A stretch of DNA of 64,000 nucleotides from Bacteriovoracia bacterium (GTDB lineage: Bacteria; Bdellovibrionota; UBA1018; JBFWNL01). The stretch covers positions 64,001 to 128,000 of the forward strand of contig JBFWNL010000008.1 in the NCBI GenBank assembly GCA_050251055.1, given 5' to 3'. Shown piece after piece: positions 30,273 to 43,764 of this stretch (positions are counted from its first letter, which is position 1; the number at the start of each line of letters is the position of its first letter). A model generated the notes under the pieces. That model was not told the DNA's origin, did no database searches, and saw only the letters and a program-made list of their open reading frames with translations. The position numbers and the translations under genes are program-made.

Positions 30273-31139
30273 ATGCGACTAGCCATCCTCATCGTTAGTA
30301 CGATCTTCGCTGCCGCATCGACCGCGCAAGCCGACGGGCTATGGCGGAATTTCACCGAATGCCTCACCCGAGCCTTGACCCGGAGTACGGAAACATCCTT
30401 GAGAACGAAGGCCGATCGTAGTTTGGAAAACGGCGTAACCACAGCGATGAATCCAGCCCCTCCCGTGGCCGCGCCTCCCGTAAAATATATTGAGCCCGTA
30501 TTTCCCGAACCAAAGTACGATCCAGCGCTTCGGGCTTGGGCGCGGGAGCTCAAGGATGCGGGAAACAGCATCCTGCCTAGAATACCACCCGAGAAATTAG
30601 AAGAAGTCCGTCCCGTTTACGTCCCGGCCGGAACCGCCAGCAGCACTCTTTTTTCCGCCACGTTAGACGGAAAAAAAGTTTTCATGAAAGCCTACACCAG
30701 CCACCGAATCGAGGAAGAGGCCAAGATGCTCATGATCGCTAACCGGATCGGGTTAGCGCCGAAGTTTCACGGCTTATCTACCGTGAGGGGAGAAACCGTG
30801 TTGGTAATCGACTACGTCGAAGGCTACATCCTCCGCAGCAATAAAATCCCAAATCTCCCGCCGCCCAGCTTCACCATTACCCGAGAAATGTTCGAAACGA
30901 TGAAGGCCGACATCACCCATGCCGGCCAAGCGCTTTACGAAGCGGGAGTAACCGACACCCGTGACCTTCAGTTCATCCTGACCCCGGAAGGGCGTGCGGT
31001 GTTGGTGGATTTGGACTCATTTAAGCTGGGGGTACGGGAGCAGTGGCCCCAGGAGTCGGGGTCGGAGGATCCACGCAAGCGCGCGCACTACCTGATCCGA
31101 CGGCTGTCCGAAGTGGTTGACTCGCCTTCCGACAGGTAG
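30273..31139 (+). CDS. Secreted protein-kinase-like protein
   Basis: Signal peptide, Pro-rich linker, AGTASS loop, VFMK, EEEA helix, DLQFIL...VLVDLD catalytic/metal loops. Confidence 0.7.
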   Translation: MRLAILIVSTIFAAASTAQADGLWRNFTECLTRALTRSTETSLRTKADRSLENGVTTAMNPAPPVAAPPVKYIEPVFPEPKYDPALRAWARELKDAGNSILPRIPPEKLEEVRPVYVPAGTASSTLFSATLDGKKVFMKAYTSHRIEEEAKMLMIANRIGLAPKFHGLSTVRGETVLVIDYVEGYILRSNKIPNLPPPSFTITREMFETMKADITHAGQALYEAGVTDTRDLQFILTPEGRAVLVDLDSFKLGVREQWPQESGSEDPRKRAHYLIRRLSEVVDSPSDR

Positions 31140-31140
31140 G

Positions 31141-31251
31141 GAGGATTGGCTTGATCACGGCTATCCTGGCCGTGCCCCTTCGGGTGTGCCTTCGGCACAT
31201 CCAATTTTGGCCTCCATGGCCAAATTGTCCGGTTCCGCGCCTTAATCTCAC
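31141..31251. repeat. Multi-hairpin structured element A
   Basis: Hairpins CACGGC-TATCCTG-GCCGTG, CCC-TTC-GGG, TGTGCC-TTC-GGCACA, CAATTTTGGCC-TCCAT-GGCCAAATTG; begins GGATTGGCTT like element B. Confidence 0.65.
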
Positions 31252-31470
31252 ACATCCTGCACTGATCTTCCCAACTTGTGTACGACTGTGAACACCGTTT
31301 CGAATAACAATCCTCTACACACTCCGTCCCTTGTCCGAATGCAAATAAATCGACAAGTGTAGATAAACTTTCCAAATTCACGGAAGCGCAAGCTTTGCAC
31401 TACGTTAAGATAATGATTCCATTTAGGTTAAATCACTCAACCAGGCACATATTTTGAACATAGCTAGATC

Positions 31471-32403
31471 ATGCGGTCCTTTCAATTCCTCTTGATCCTT
31501 GCTTGTTTAGCGACAACCGCGGAAGCCACGGAGCCCCCGCATGATAACACGGTCGAGAAACAGCCTGGCACCGAGGCTTGGAAGTCTGATGGCCTAACTC
31601 CAGTCCTAAAAGAAGGAGACCGCGTAGAAAGTGACGAACTTCTTTTAGTCACTCATGCTGCGCGGCCGTACTCGAATGGGGTCGAAAGCGAGGAGTTGAA
31701 CCGACTGATCGAAAGCTTTCTCCAGAGGGGGCTTCCCGTGATCTATTTGGTAGGCACTCTTGATCCTGAATTCCTGAAAATGCAGTGGCCAAAGTTCAGG
31801 CCGACATATCTCTACGTTTCGTCGGGTGGCCAAATAAAGCTGCGTTTTAAATCTAAAAACATCCACATCGCTGGGGGATTTTTCGAGCTATGCGGATCAA
31901 ACACGGTTCGCGATAGTTTGATCAGCACTGGCCGAGAAAATGACGAAAAGACGGGGCCGGCCCGAATCACTTACGAACCAGACTCCGTTTTCTTAAATAC
32001 GCATGAACAAGTTCTCAAAAGGAAGCTAGATTCGATGTCGGATGAACAAATACTTCGCTATCTGTCGAAGGGCCTGTTTGCCGGCGGACGAATTGGAGAC
32101 GAGTTTGGCTGTAAATTTGGATTAGGTCTAGCAACCTTCAATGAGTATACCTTCGAAATCTTGCGCGATGGCAATCCGATCGGAAGCTTCGGAACCGGCA
32201 GTCGCAAGGTGAGTTTGGACTTTCCAACCAAGTCCATCTCCGAGCGAATTGCAGCGCAAAACCTGAAGACAACCGAAGTGTCGTCGAACTCGGTTTGCCA
32301 GGCCAAACTAGATTCAGAGGTAGTGAATTTAGTCCAAATCGCCCTACTAAAAGCGGTCGCGGCGGCGAGCCAAAGCTCAGCCGCGCCTAAGAAACAAGAG
32401 TAA
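31471..32403 (+). CDS. Hypothetical secreted protein (AT-richer than flanks)
   Basis: Signal peptide; IAGGFFELC motif; preceded by sigma54-like AGGCAC-N5-TTGAA (31443-31458). Confidence 0.7.
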   Translation: MRSFQFLLILACLATTAEATEPPHDNTVEKQPGTEAWKSDGLTPVLKEGDRVESDELLLVTHAARPYSNGVESEELNRLIESFLQRGLPVIYLVGTLDPEFLKMQWPKFRPTYLYVSSGGQIKLRFKSKNIHIAGGFFELCGSNTVRDSLISTGRENDEKTGPARITYEPDSVFLNTHEQVLKRKLDSMSDEQILRYLSKGLFAGGRIGDEFGCKFGLGLATFNEYTFEILRDGNPIGSFGTGSRKVSLDFPTKSISERIAAQNLKTTEVSSNSVCQAKLDSEVVNLVQIALLKAVAAASQSSAAPKKQE

Positions 32404-32445
32404 CGTAATCAATTCCCGATTGAGACCGGCTGCTTTTCCGTTTCC

Positions 32446-32602
32446 AGGGATTGGCTTCCGCTCTCAGCGCTAAACGCGCTTCGGCTGCAGCCCGGCCTCA
32501 GGGCGGGCCCGCAAGCGGGCACCCCCGCCCTTCCGGCTTTCACCGCTCGGCCATCGTGGCCTCACTATCCCTATAGCAAGGTACGAAACGCTACGCGTTT
32601 CG
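32446..32602. repeat. Multi-hairpin structured element B
   Basis: AGGGAT...ATCCCT closing stem with internal hairpins AGCGC/GCGCT, GCCCGC-AA-GCGGGC, GGCC-ATCGT-GGCC, then CGAAACGC-TAC-GCGTTTCG. Confidence 0.65.
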
Positions 32603-32612
32603 GCATTATAAA

Positions 32613-32815
32613 CCCACCATTTCTCAGCCACCGCCCGAGAACTTCTCGTCCAACATTCTCTTATAAAAAGACACAAGCCTCAGAGGGGGCATCCGCGGGC
32701 CACGAAGGCGCTGAGCGGTTGAGCCCATGGATGGGCGTCCCCATCTGAGGCTTGTGTCTTTTTATAAGAGAATGTTGGCTGGGAAATTGTGGTGCGGTGG
32801 CTGAGAAATGGTGGG
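32613..32815. repeat. ~200-bp imperfect inverted repeat overlapping the tRNA-Val 3' end
   Basis: Perfect 22-bp arms (32613-32634/32794-32815) and perfect 35-bp arms (32650-32684/32744-32778), with further pairing inside. Confidence 0.92.
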
Positions 32816-32883
32816 AGCTATAGGGATTGAACCTATGACCTTGACCGTGTAAAGATCCTGCTCTACCGCTGAGCTAAGCTCCC
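32809..32883 (-). tRNA. tRNA-Val(TAC)
   Basis: GGGAGCTTAGCTCAGCGGTAGAGCA...TTTACAC...GGTTCAATCC...CTCCCACCA cloverleaf. Confidence 0.93.
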
Positions 32884-32902
32884 ACCTACTGCGAACAAAC
32901 TG

Positions 32903-32935
32903 AAAAGGCGGCCCACCGGTGAAGCGAGCCGCCTT
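32903..32935 (-). terminator. Intrinsic terminator after rpoC
   Basis: AAGGCGGC...GCCGCCTT stem followed by TTCAGTTT on the minus strand. Confidence 0.7.
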
Positions 32936-32959
32936 CGTATCTTTTGAGTACCGACGCTA

Positions 32960-37102
<4,143 letters not shown>

Positions 37103-37154
37103 GGTCTTCTTTTCTCCGGTTCTTTAAAAACTAAGGCAAAGCGCGACATGCTCC

Positions 37155-40100
37155 TTAGAGCATGTCGGCTTTGATGTCCTTTTCGTTGTCGCCTTCGATC
37201 AATTCGACGTTCAGGGCCAAGCTTTGCAGCTCCTTCACCAAGACGTTGAACGACTCCGGCAATCCGGGCTCGAGCAGGTGCTCGCCCTTGACGATCGCTT
37301 CGTACATGCGGTTACGGCCCGTGACGTCGTCGGACTTCACGGTCAGGAATTCCTGCAATCCGTAAGCGGCACCGTAAGCTTCGAGCGCCCACACTTCCAT
37401 TTCCCCGAGTCGCTGACCGCCGAACTGGGCTTTGCCCCCGAGCGGCTGCTGCGTCACGAGGCTGTAAGGCCCGATGCTGCGCGCGTGGATCTTTTCTTCG
37501 ACCAAGTGGTGGAGCTTGAGGATGTACATCACGCCCACCGTGACTTCTTCGGCGAAGGTGTCGCCGGTCACGCCGTCAAACAACGTGGTCTTACCCAGGT
37601 TGGGCAAGCCCGCGAGCTCCAGCATGCGGCCGATCTCTTCCTCGTTCGCGCCGTCAAACACCGGCGTTGCGAAATGGATGCCGTCCTTGAGGTGCGAGCA
37701 CATCCGGCGCACTTCGGCGTCGGAGGCCTTCTCGAGGAACTTCTCCATGTCCGGATGCGAGTAGACGTCCTTGAGCAGCTTGCGCAGTTTCGGCATCTCT
37801 TCGCGCTCCACGTACTCGGTGATGCGATCGCCGATACCCTTGGCGGCCCAGCCGAGCGTGAGCTCGAGCAGCTGGCCGATGTTCATACGCGAAGGCACGC
37901 CCAGCGGGTTGAGCACCATATCCACCGGCCGACCGTCCGCCGTGTAAGGCATGTCTTCGGCGGGGAGAATACGGCTGATCACGCCCTTGTTACCGTGGCG
38001 TCCGGCCATCTTGTCGCCAACTTGCAGCTTGCGCTTGATCGCGATCTGCACCTTGACCATCTTGATGACGCCGGGGGCGAGCTCGTCGCCCTTCTTCAGC
38101 TTGTCGATCTTGTCCTTGAACATGTGCTTGACGCCTTCGATCTTCTCGCGCGCCATCTTCATGATCTGGGAGATTTCCTTTTCGACGTCGTCCTTCACCG
38201 GGATGAAGCCCAAGAGATCGAACGGGATCGCCTGGAGCATCTTGCGGTCGAGCTTCTCGCCTTTCTTGAGCAGCTCTTGCGAGCCGTCTTCGGAGAGGAG
38301 CTTACCGGTGGTCATTACACCGTCGAGGATCTTCGCGAGCTTATTGAAAGCCGAGAAGCGAATGGCGTCGGACTCGATCTTTTCGTCGCGGCGGATCTTG
38401 GCGATATGCTCTTCCAAGATCTGCTTCGTGCGCTCATCCTGCTCCGTGCCTTCGCGAGCGAAGACCTGGGCATTGATAACCGTACCGAACACGCCCGAAG
38501 GCACGCGGAGTGAGGTATCGCGAACATCGCCGGCTTTCTCGCCGAAGATCGCGCGCAACAGCTTCTCTTCGGGAGAGAGCTGGGTTTCGCCCTTCGGCGT
38601 CACCTTACCAACGAGCACGTCGCCGGGCTTCACTTCCGCGCCGATGCGGATGATGCCGCTTTCGTCGAGGTCTTTCAGCGCTTCTTCACCGACGTTCGGG
38701 ATGTCGCGCGAAATTTCTTCCTTACCGAGCTTCGTATCGCGGGCCACGCATTCGAACTCTTCGATGTGGATCGAGGTGAATACGTCGTCCTTGATCACGC
38801 GTTCGGAGATCAGGATCGAGTCTTCGAAGTTGTAACCGCCCCACGGCATGAACGCCACGAGCACGTTCTGGCCGAGCGCCAGTTCACCGGCGTCGATGGA
38901 CGGACCGTCCGCCAAGACGTCGCCTTGCTTCACCTTATCGCCGACCTTCACGACCGGACGCTGGTTCAAGCAGGTGTTCTGGTTGGAACGCTGGTACTTC
39001 GTCAGGTTGTAGATATCGACATCGGACCCGATCTCGTCGCCGCGGAAATTCGTGCGGCGGACAACGATCTTGAACCCGTCGACCATGATGACTTCGCCGT
39101 CGTGCTTGGCGATCGCGACGTGACCGGAGTCACGCGCCACGATGCGCTCCACGCCCGTGCCCACGAACGGGGCATGGCTGCGGAGAAGCGGCACGGCCTG
39201 TCTTTGCATGTTGGAACCCATGAGCGCGCGGTTAGCGTCGTCATGCTCCAGGAACGGGATCAGGGAGGCGGCGATGGATACGAGCTGGTTCGGCGACACG
39301 TCCATGAGTTCCACGTCGTCGGCGTTCACCAACGAGTAGTCCCCTTTGCGGCGCACGGAGATCAGATCGTCCGTCGGGAGCTTTCCGGTCTTCAACGCCT
39401 TCGGCAGGACTTGGGCGATGATCTTGTTCTCTTCTTCGGTTGCCGTGAAGTACTTGATATCGTCGGCGAGTTTCTTCGCTTCGATCGTACGATACGGGGT
39501 CTCGATGAAACCGAACTCGTTCACGCGGGCGTAAGCCGACAGCGACGCGATCAGACCGATGTTCGGTCCTTCGGGCGTTTCAATCGGGCACAGACGGCCG
39601 TAGTGGGTGTTGTGAACGTCGCGGACTTCGAAGCCGGCGCGCTCGCGGGTCAAACCACCGGGCCCGAGGGCCGAGAGGCGACGCTTGTGCGTGACTTCGG
39701 ACAACGGGTTCGTCTGGTCCATGAACTGCGAGAGCTGGCTGGAGCCGAAGAATTCCTTCACGACGGCGGCCACCGGCTTCTGGTTGATCAAATCGTGCGG
39801 CATGAGCGTTTCCACTTCCTGGATGCTCATGCGTTCCTTGATCGCGCGTTCCATACGCACAAGACCGATACGGTACTGGTTTTCCACCAACTCGCCCACC
39901 GCGCGGACGCGGCGGTTGCCCAAGTGGTCGATGTCGTCGATCGTGCCGCGGCCGTTGTTGAGCTCGCAGAGATAGAACAACGTCGACATGATGTCGGCCT
40001 TGGTCAAAGTCGTGGTTTCCTCGGTGATCTTGTTTTCCGGGAACTTGTAATTGAGCTTCAAGCGGCCGACGCGCGAGAGGTCGTAGCGGTCGGGATTGAA

Positions 40101-41309
40101 GAACAGGTTCTCGAACAGGAGCTTGGAGGCTTCGATGGTCGGCGGATCGCCCGGGCGGAGGCGCTTGTAGATTTCGATCAGCGCTTCGTCGGGGTTGCCC
40201 ACCTTATCGTTCACCAAGGTGTCGCGCACGAACGAGCCGTGCGTGAGGTTGTCGGTGAAGATGAGCTTCAGCTCGGTGATACCCTTGCTGATGATCGTGT
40301 TCAGGCGATCTTCCGAGATCTCGTCGCTGGCCTCGGCTAGGACTTCCCCGGTGCTCTCGTCGACGATATCCTCGGCGGCGATGCGGCCGACCACGGACTC
40401 GTGCGGAACTTCCATCTTCTTGATGCCGGCGTCTTCGATCTTCTTGATGACCGCGCGGGTGAACTTGCGGTTCTTCTTGACGATCAACTCGCCCGACTTC
40501 GGATCGACGATATCTTCCTCGGCGCGCTGGCCGGAGAGGATCTCGAGGTCGACTAACTTGAAGTAGCGGTTCTTCTTCGGGCCGCCCTTCGTGTCCACCT
40601 GGATGGTTTCCACGTCGTAGAAGTAATCGAGGATCTCACTGGGAGCCATGCCCATCGCGCGCAGGATGATCGTGGCCGGAAGCTTGCGCTTGCGGTCGAT
40701 ACGGGCGTGCACGATGTCCTTATGATCGAATTCGAAATCGAGCCAAGAACCGCGATGCGGGATGACGCGAGCCGAATAAAGGATCTTGCCGCTGGAGTGG
40801 GTCTTCCCCTGATCGTGGGTGAAAATAACCCCAGGCGAGCGGTGCAACTGGCTGACGATCACGCGCTCCGTGCCATTAATAATGAAGGAAGCGCTTTCGG
40901 TCATGAGCGGAATTTCGCCCATGTAGACTTCCTGCTCTTTAATGTCGCGAATGTTGCGCGTGCCGGCTTCCTCATCCACATCGTACACCACGAGACGGAC
41001 CGTGATCTTCAGCGGAGCGGCGAAAGTCATTCCGCGCTGGCGGCACTCCAAGACGTCGTACTTGGGTTCTTCCAGCGTGTAGCTTTCGAATTCGAGCGAA
41101 GCCGTGCGGTCAAAGTCCTCGATCGGGAAAACGGACTTGAAGACACCCTGCAATCCAGTGTCGGTCCGTTTGTCCGGCGAAGTCTTCGCCTGCAAAAAGC
41201 GGTCGTACGAACTCTTCTGCAGCTCGATCAGGTTCGGGATCGCGAGCGGAGACGCGATATCCGAAAAATCTCTGCGAATTCTGCGGTTTTCCGAAATGAC
41301 GGAAGCCAT
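37155..41309 (-). CDS. rpoB: RNA polymerase beta subunit
   Basis: [33 protein letters not shown]. Confidence 0.99.
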   Translation of the reverse strand: MASVISENRRIRRDFSDIASPLAIPNLIELQKSSYDRFLQAKTSPDKRTDTGLQGVFKSVFPIEDFDRTASLEFESYTLEEPKYDVLECRQRGMTFAAPLKITVRLVVYDVDEEAGTRNIRDIKEQEVYMGEIPLMTESASFIINGTERVIVSQLHRSPGVIFTHDQGKTHSSGKILYSARVIPHRGSWLDFEFDHKDIVHARIDRKRKLPATIILRAMGMAPSEILDYFYDVETIQVDTKGGPKKNRYFKLVDLEILSGQRAEEDIVDPKSGELIVKKNRKFTRAVIKKIEDAGIKKMEVPHESVVGRIAAEDIVDESTGEVLAEASDEISEDRLNTIISKGITELKLIFTDNLTHGSFVRDTLVNDKVGNPDEALIEIYKRLRPGDPPTIEASKLLFENLFFNPDRYDLSRVGRLKLNYKFPENKITEETTTLTKADIMSTLFYLCELNNGRGTIDDIDHLGNRRVRAVGELVENQYRIGLVRMERAIKERMSIQEVETLMPHDLINQKPVAAVVKEFFGSSQLSQFMDQTNPLSEVTHKRRLSALGPGGLTRERAGFEVRDVHNTHYGRLCPIETPEGPNIGLIASLSAYARVNEFGFIETPYRTIEAKKLADDIKYFTATEEENKIIAQVLPKALKTGKLPTDDLISVRRKGDYSLVNADDVELMDVSPNQLVSIAASLIPFLEHDDANRALMGSNMQRQAVPLLRSHAPFVGTGVERIVARDSGHVAIAKHDGEVIMVDGFKIVVRRTNFRGDEIGSDVDIYNLTKYQRSNQNTCLNQRPVVKVGDKVKQGDVLADGPSIDAGELALGQNVLVAFMPWGGYNFEDSILISERVIKDDVFTSIHIEEFECVARDTKLGKEEISRDIPNVGEEALKDLDESGIIRIGAEVKPGDVLVGKVTPKGETQLSPEEKLLRAIFGEKAGDVRDTSLRVPSGVFGTVINAQVFAREGTEQDERTKQILEEHIAKIRRDEKIESDAIRFSAFNKLAKILDGVMTTGKLLSEDGSQELLKKGEKLDRKMLQAIPFDLLGFIPVKDDVEKEISQIMKMAREKIEGVKHMFKDKIDKLKKGDELAPGVIKMVKVQIAIKRKLQVGDKMAGRHGNKGVISRILPAEDMPYTADGRPVDMVLNPLGVPSRMNIGQLLELTLGWAAKGIGDRITEYVEREEMPKLRKLLKDVYSHPDMEKFLEKASDAEVRRMCSHLKDGIHFATPVFDGANEEEIGRMLELAGLPNLGKTTLFDGVTGDTFAEEVTVGVMYILKLHHLVEEKIHARSIGPYSLVTQQPLGGKAQFGGQRLGEMEVWALEAYGAAYGLQEFLTVKSDDVTGRNRMYEAIVKGEHLLEPGLPESFNVLVKELQSLALNVELIEGDNEKDIKADML

Positions 41310-41453
41310 GCCTACTCCTCAGGTTTTAGGAAGCATAAATAGGAGAAACCCGCCTCGGCCAAAGGCCGAACCAGGTTAAATCCTATAAAGGTACACGTGC
41401 GCCCAGGGCGCAATTTTGATTAGCGATGGATCGAAGGCAAAGAGAAGGTCGAA

Positions 41454-41837
41454 TCACTTAAGTTCGACCTTGGCTCCTGCGGCTTCGAGCGTCTTCTTCA
41501 TCGTTTCAGCGTCGGCCTTGGCCACGCCTTCCTTCACGACTTTCGGAGCGCCTTCCACGAGGTCCTTGGCTTCCTTCAAGCCCAGGCCAGTGATGGTGCG
41601 GATTTCCTTGATGACGTTAATCTTGTTAGCGCCACCGTCGGTCAGCATGACCGTGAATTCCGTCTTCGCTTCCGCAGCCGGAGCGGCTCCGCCAGCAGCG
41701 GCGCCCGCGACGGCGACCGGAGCGGCAGCGGACACGCCGAACTTGGATTCCAAGTCCTTCACGAGCTGCGAGAGTTCGAGAACCGACATGTTCTCGATAA
41801 AGGAAACGACGTCTTCCTTAGAAATTGCAGTTGCCAT
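41454..41837 (-). CDS. rplL: 50S ribosomal protein L7/L12
   Basis: FGVSAAAP hinge, [15 protein letters not shown]. Confidence 0.98.
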   Translation of the reverse strand: MATAISKEDVVSFIENMSVLELSQLVKDLESKFGVSAAAPVAVAGAAAGGAAPAAEAKTEFTVMLTDGGANKINVIKEIRTITGLGLKEAKDLVEGAPKVVKEGVAKADAETMKKTLEAAGAKVELK

Positions 41838-41959
41838 GAGTCAAACCTCTTCTTAGATGCACAGCCTTCGTAGCTTTGGCGACGTCAAAGAATAATCAGT
41901 CACCGATTGTTCATCCCCGGTCGTCCTAACCGAAGATCATTAGATCAAAACCTAAACCT

Positions 41960-42490
41960 TTAACCCTGCTTCTTCTTCTCGAGCGCCACAAGGACGTTGA
42001 GCAAGCTACGCGGTACGGCGGCGAGCACGCACGCGAAGTTGGTGATCGGGGCATTCATCGTGCCCAGCATCTTGGCCAAAAGAACTTCACGGGACGGAAG
42101 GTTGGCGAGCTCTTGCACCTGGGCGACCGGAACGCGCTTACGCTCCATCCAGCTGTCTTTCAGGTTGAAAGCTTCGTTGTCCTTCGCGAAATCATTGATG
42201 ACCTTCGCCGCCGCGGCCGGATCACCGAAAGCGAACGCGACCAGGGTCGGGCCCACCATCGAATCGAGCAGGGCGACGGTTTCCGCACCGAGCGCGTCGC
42301 CTTTAACGGCTTGGCGTGCGATGTTGTTCTTCAGCACCTGGACCTTGGCGTTCTTCTCGCGCAGCTTCTTGCGCAGATCGTCCGCCTGGGTAGCCTTCAA
42401 GCCTTTGTAATCGGCGAAGATGGCGACCTTGGATTTTTCCAGGTTGGTCTTAAAATTTTTGGCCCATTCGGCTTTTTCAGTAGAATTCAT
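41960..42490 (-). CDS. rplJ: 50S ribosomal protein L10
   Basis: DYKGL, LRKKLR, KNN, LANLPSRE.LLA. Confidence 0.96.
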   Translation of the reverse strand: MNSTEKAEWAKNFKTNLEKSKVAIFADYKGLKATQADDLRKKLREKNAKVQVLKNNIARQAVKGDALGAETVALLDSMVGPTLVAFAFGDPAAAAKVINDFAKDNEAFNLKDSWMERKRVPVAQVQELANLPSREVLLAKMLGTMNAPITNFACVLAAVPRSLLNVLVALEKKKQG

Positions 42491-42501
42491 CTTTTAATCC
42501 C

Positions 42502-43236
42502 TCACGCCACCGTGAATGCGCCATCGGTGGTATCCACCTGAACGCCGGGGCTCATGGTGGTGCTCAAAGTGATCCGTTGCAGGTAAACGCCTTTGCTCGT
42601 CGGCGGCTTCGCGCGCACGATGACTTGCGCCAGGGCGCCGAAGTTGTCGCGCAGCTTGCTCGCGCCGAAGGACTTCTTGCCGATCGCCACGTGAATCAGG
42701 CCGGTCTTGTCCGTGCGGTATTCCACTTTACCTTTTTTCTGGTCTTCCACGGCGCGCGTGACGTCCATGGTGACGGTGCCGAGCTTCGGGTTCGGCATGA
42801 GGCCCTTGGGACCCAGGATCTTACCGACTTTGGAGACGGCCACCATTTGGTCCGGCGTCGCGATCAACTTGTCGAACTCGAGCCAGCCGCCCAAGATTTT
42901 TTCGATGAGGTCATCGCCGCCCACGACGTCGGCGCCAGCCTTCTCGGCTTCCTTGGCCTTGTCGCCCTTGGCGATCACGGCCACGCGGGCCGACTTACCC
43001 ACGCCGTGCGGGAGCACGACCGCGCCGCGGATCATTTGTTCCGCGTGCTTGGGGTCAACGCCCAGCTTGAAGCAAACTTCGACGGTTTCGTCGAATTTCG
43101 CATAAGCTACTTTTTCCAGTAATCCGAAGGCCTGCTCAACGCCGTAGCGCTTGCCGACTTCGAGGAGAGCAGCGGCGTTCGAATACTTCTTGCCGCGGCC
43201 AGGGATGCTTCCCTTTTTCTTTTCTGCATTTGCCAT
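42502..43236 (-). CDS. rplA: 50S ribosomal protein L1
   Basis: [28 protein letters not shown]. Confidence 0.98.
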   Translation of the reverse strand: MANAEKKKGSIPGRGKKYSNAAALLEVGKRYGVEQAFGLLEKVAYAKFDETVEVCFKLGVDPKHAEQMIRGAVVLPHGVGKSARVAVIAKGDKAKEAEKAGADVVGGDDLIEKILGGWLEFDKLIATPDQMVAVSKVGKILGPKGLMPNPKLGTVTMDVTRAVEDQKKGKVEYRTDKTGLIHVAIGKKSFGASKLRDNFGALAQVIVRAKPPTSKGVYLQRITLSTTMSPGVQVDTTDGAFTVA

Positions 43237-43247
43237 TCAACACCTCT

Positions 43248-43298
43248 GTGGTTCATGCGTCAGTCGGTCACGCGTTTCGGCGGCCGCCCAACTCCCAC
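43248..43298 (-). promoter_or_regulatory. L1-binding autoregulatory mRNA element between rplK and rplA
   Basis: Minus strand GTGGGAG...AACCAC, the canonical L1-binding internal loop, adjacent to the rplA RBS. Confidence 0.75.
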
Positions 43299-43313
43299 GG
43301 TTTAGTTAAACTT

Positions 43314-43739
43314 TTAAAGCTCCGACTCGATGCCCGCGCTGCGAGCACTGCCCGCGATCGTGCGCATCGCCGCTTCGATCGAGCCCGCGTTCAAATCGGG
43401 CATCTTGACCTTAGCGATGTCTTCCAGCTGCTTTTTCGTAACTTTTCCGACCTTCTTCTTGTTCGGTTCGCCGCTACCCTTTTCAATTTTGAGCGCTTTG
43501 AACAGAAGCACCGCCGCCGGCGGCGTCTTCGTGTAGAACGTGAAGGAACGATCCGAATAAACGGTGATGATCACCGGGATCACGGTCCCCTTATGTTCCT
43601 GCGTCTTGGCGTTGAACGCCTTGCAGAACTCCATAATATTGATCCCGCGCTGACCGAGCGCCGGACCGACTGGAGGCGCGGGGTTAGCCATACCGCCAGG
43701 GATCTGTAATTTTACTTGACCAACTACTTTCTTAGCCAT
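43314..43739 (-). CDS. rplK: 50S ribosomal protein L11
   Basis: [23 protein letters not shown]. Confidence 0.98.
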   Translation of the reverse strand: MAKKVVGQVKLQIPGGMANPAPPVGPALGQRGINIMEFCKAFNAKTQEHKGTVIPVIITVYSDRSFTFYTKTPPAAVLLFKALKIEKGSGEPNKKKVGKVTKKQLEDIAKVKMPDLNAGSIEAAMRTIAGSARSAGIESEL

Positions 43740-43764
43740 GAACCGCCCTTAGTAGCACAACGGA

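Noticed and set aside
31088-31381. 97-aa Cys-rich minus-strand ORF
   Set aside because: Overlaps the kinase 3' end and hairpin element A; no RBS or family resemblance, so probably spurious.
32613-32815. CRISPR array, or IS/MITE with transposase
   Set aside because: No direct repeat-spacer periodicity, no cas or transposase ORF, and no evident target-site duplication.
32794-32830. Classical integrase attL/attR direct repeat of the tRNA 3' end
   Set aside because: I found no direct-orientation copy of the tRNA end longer than 7-8 nt and no integrase in the window; only the inverted copy is supported.
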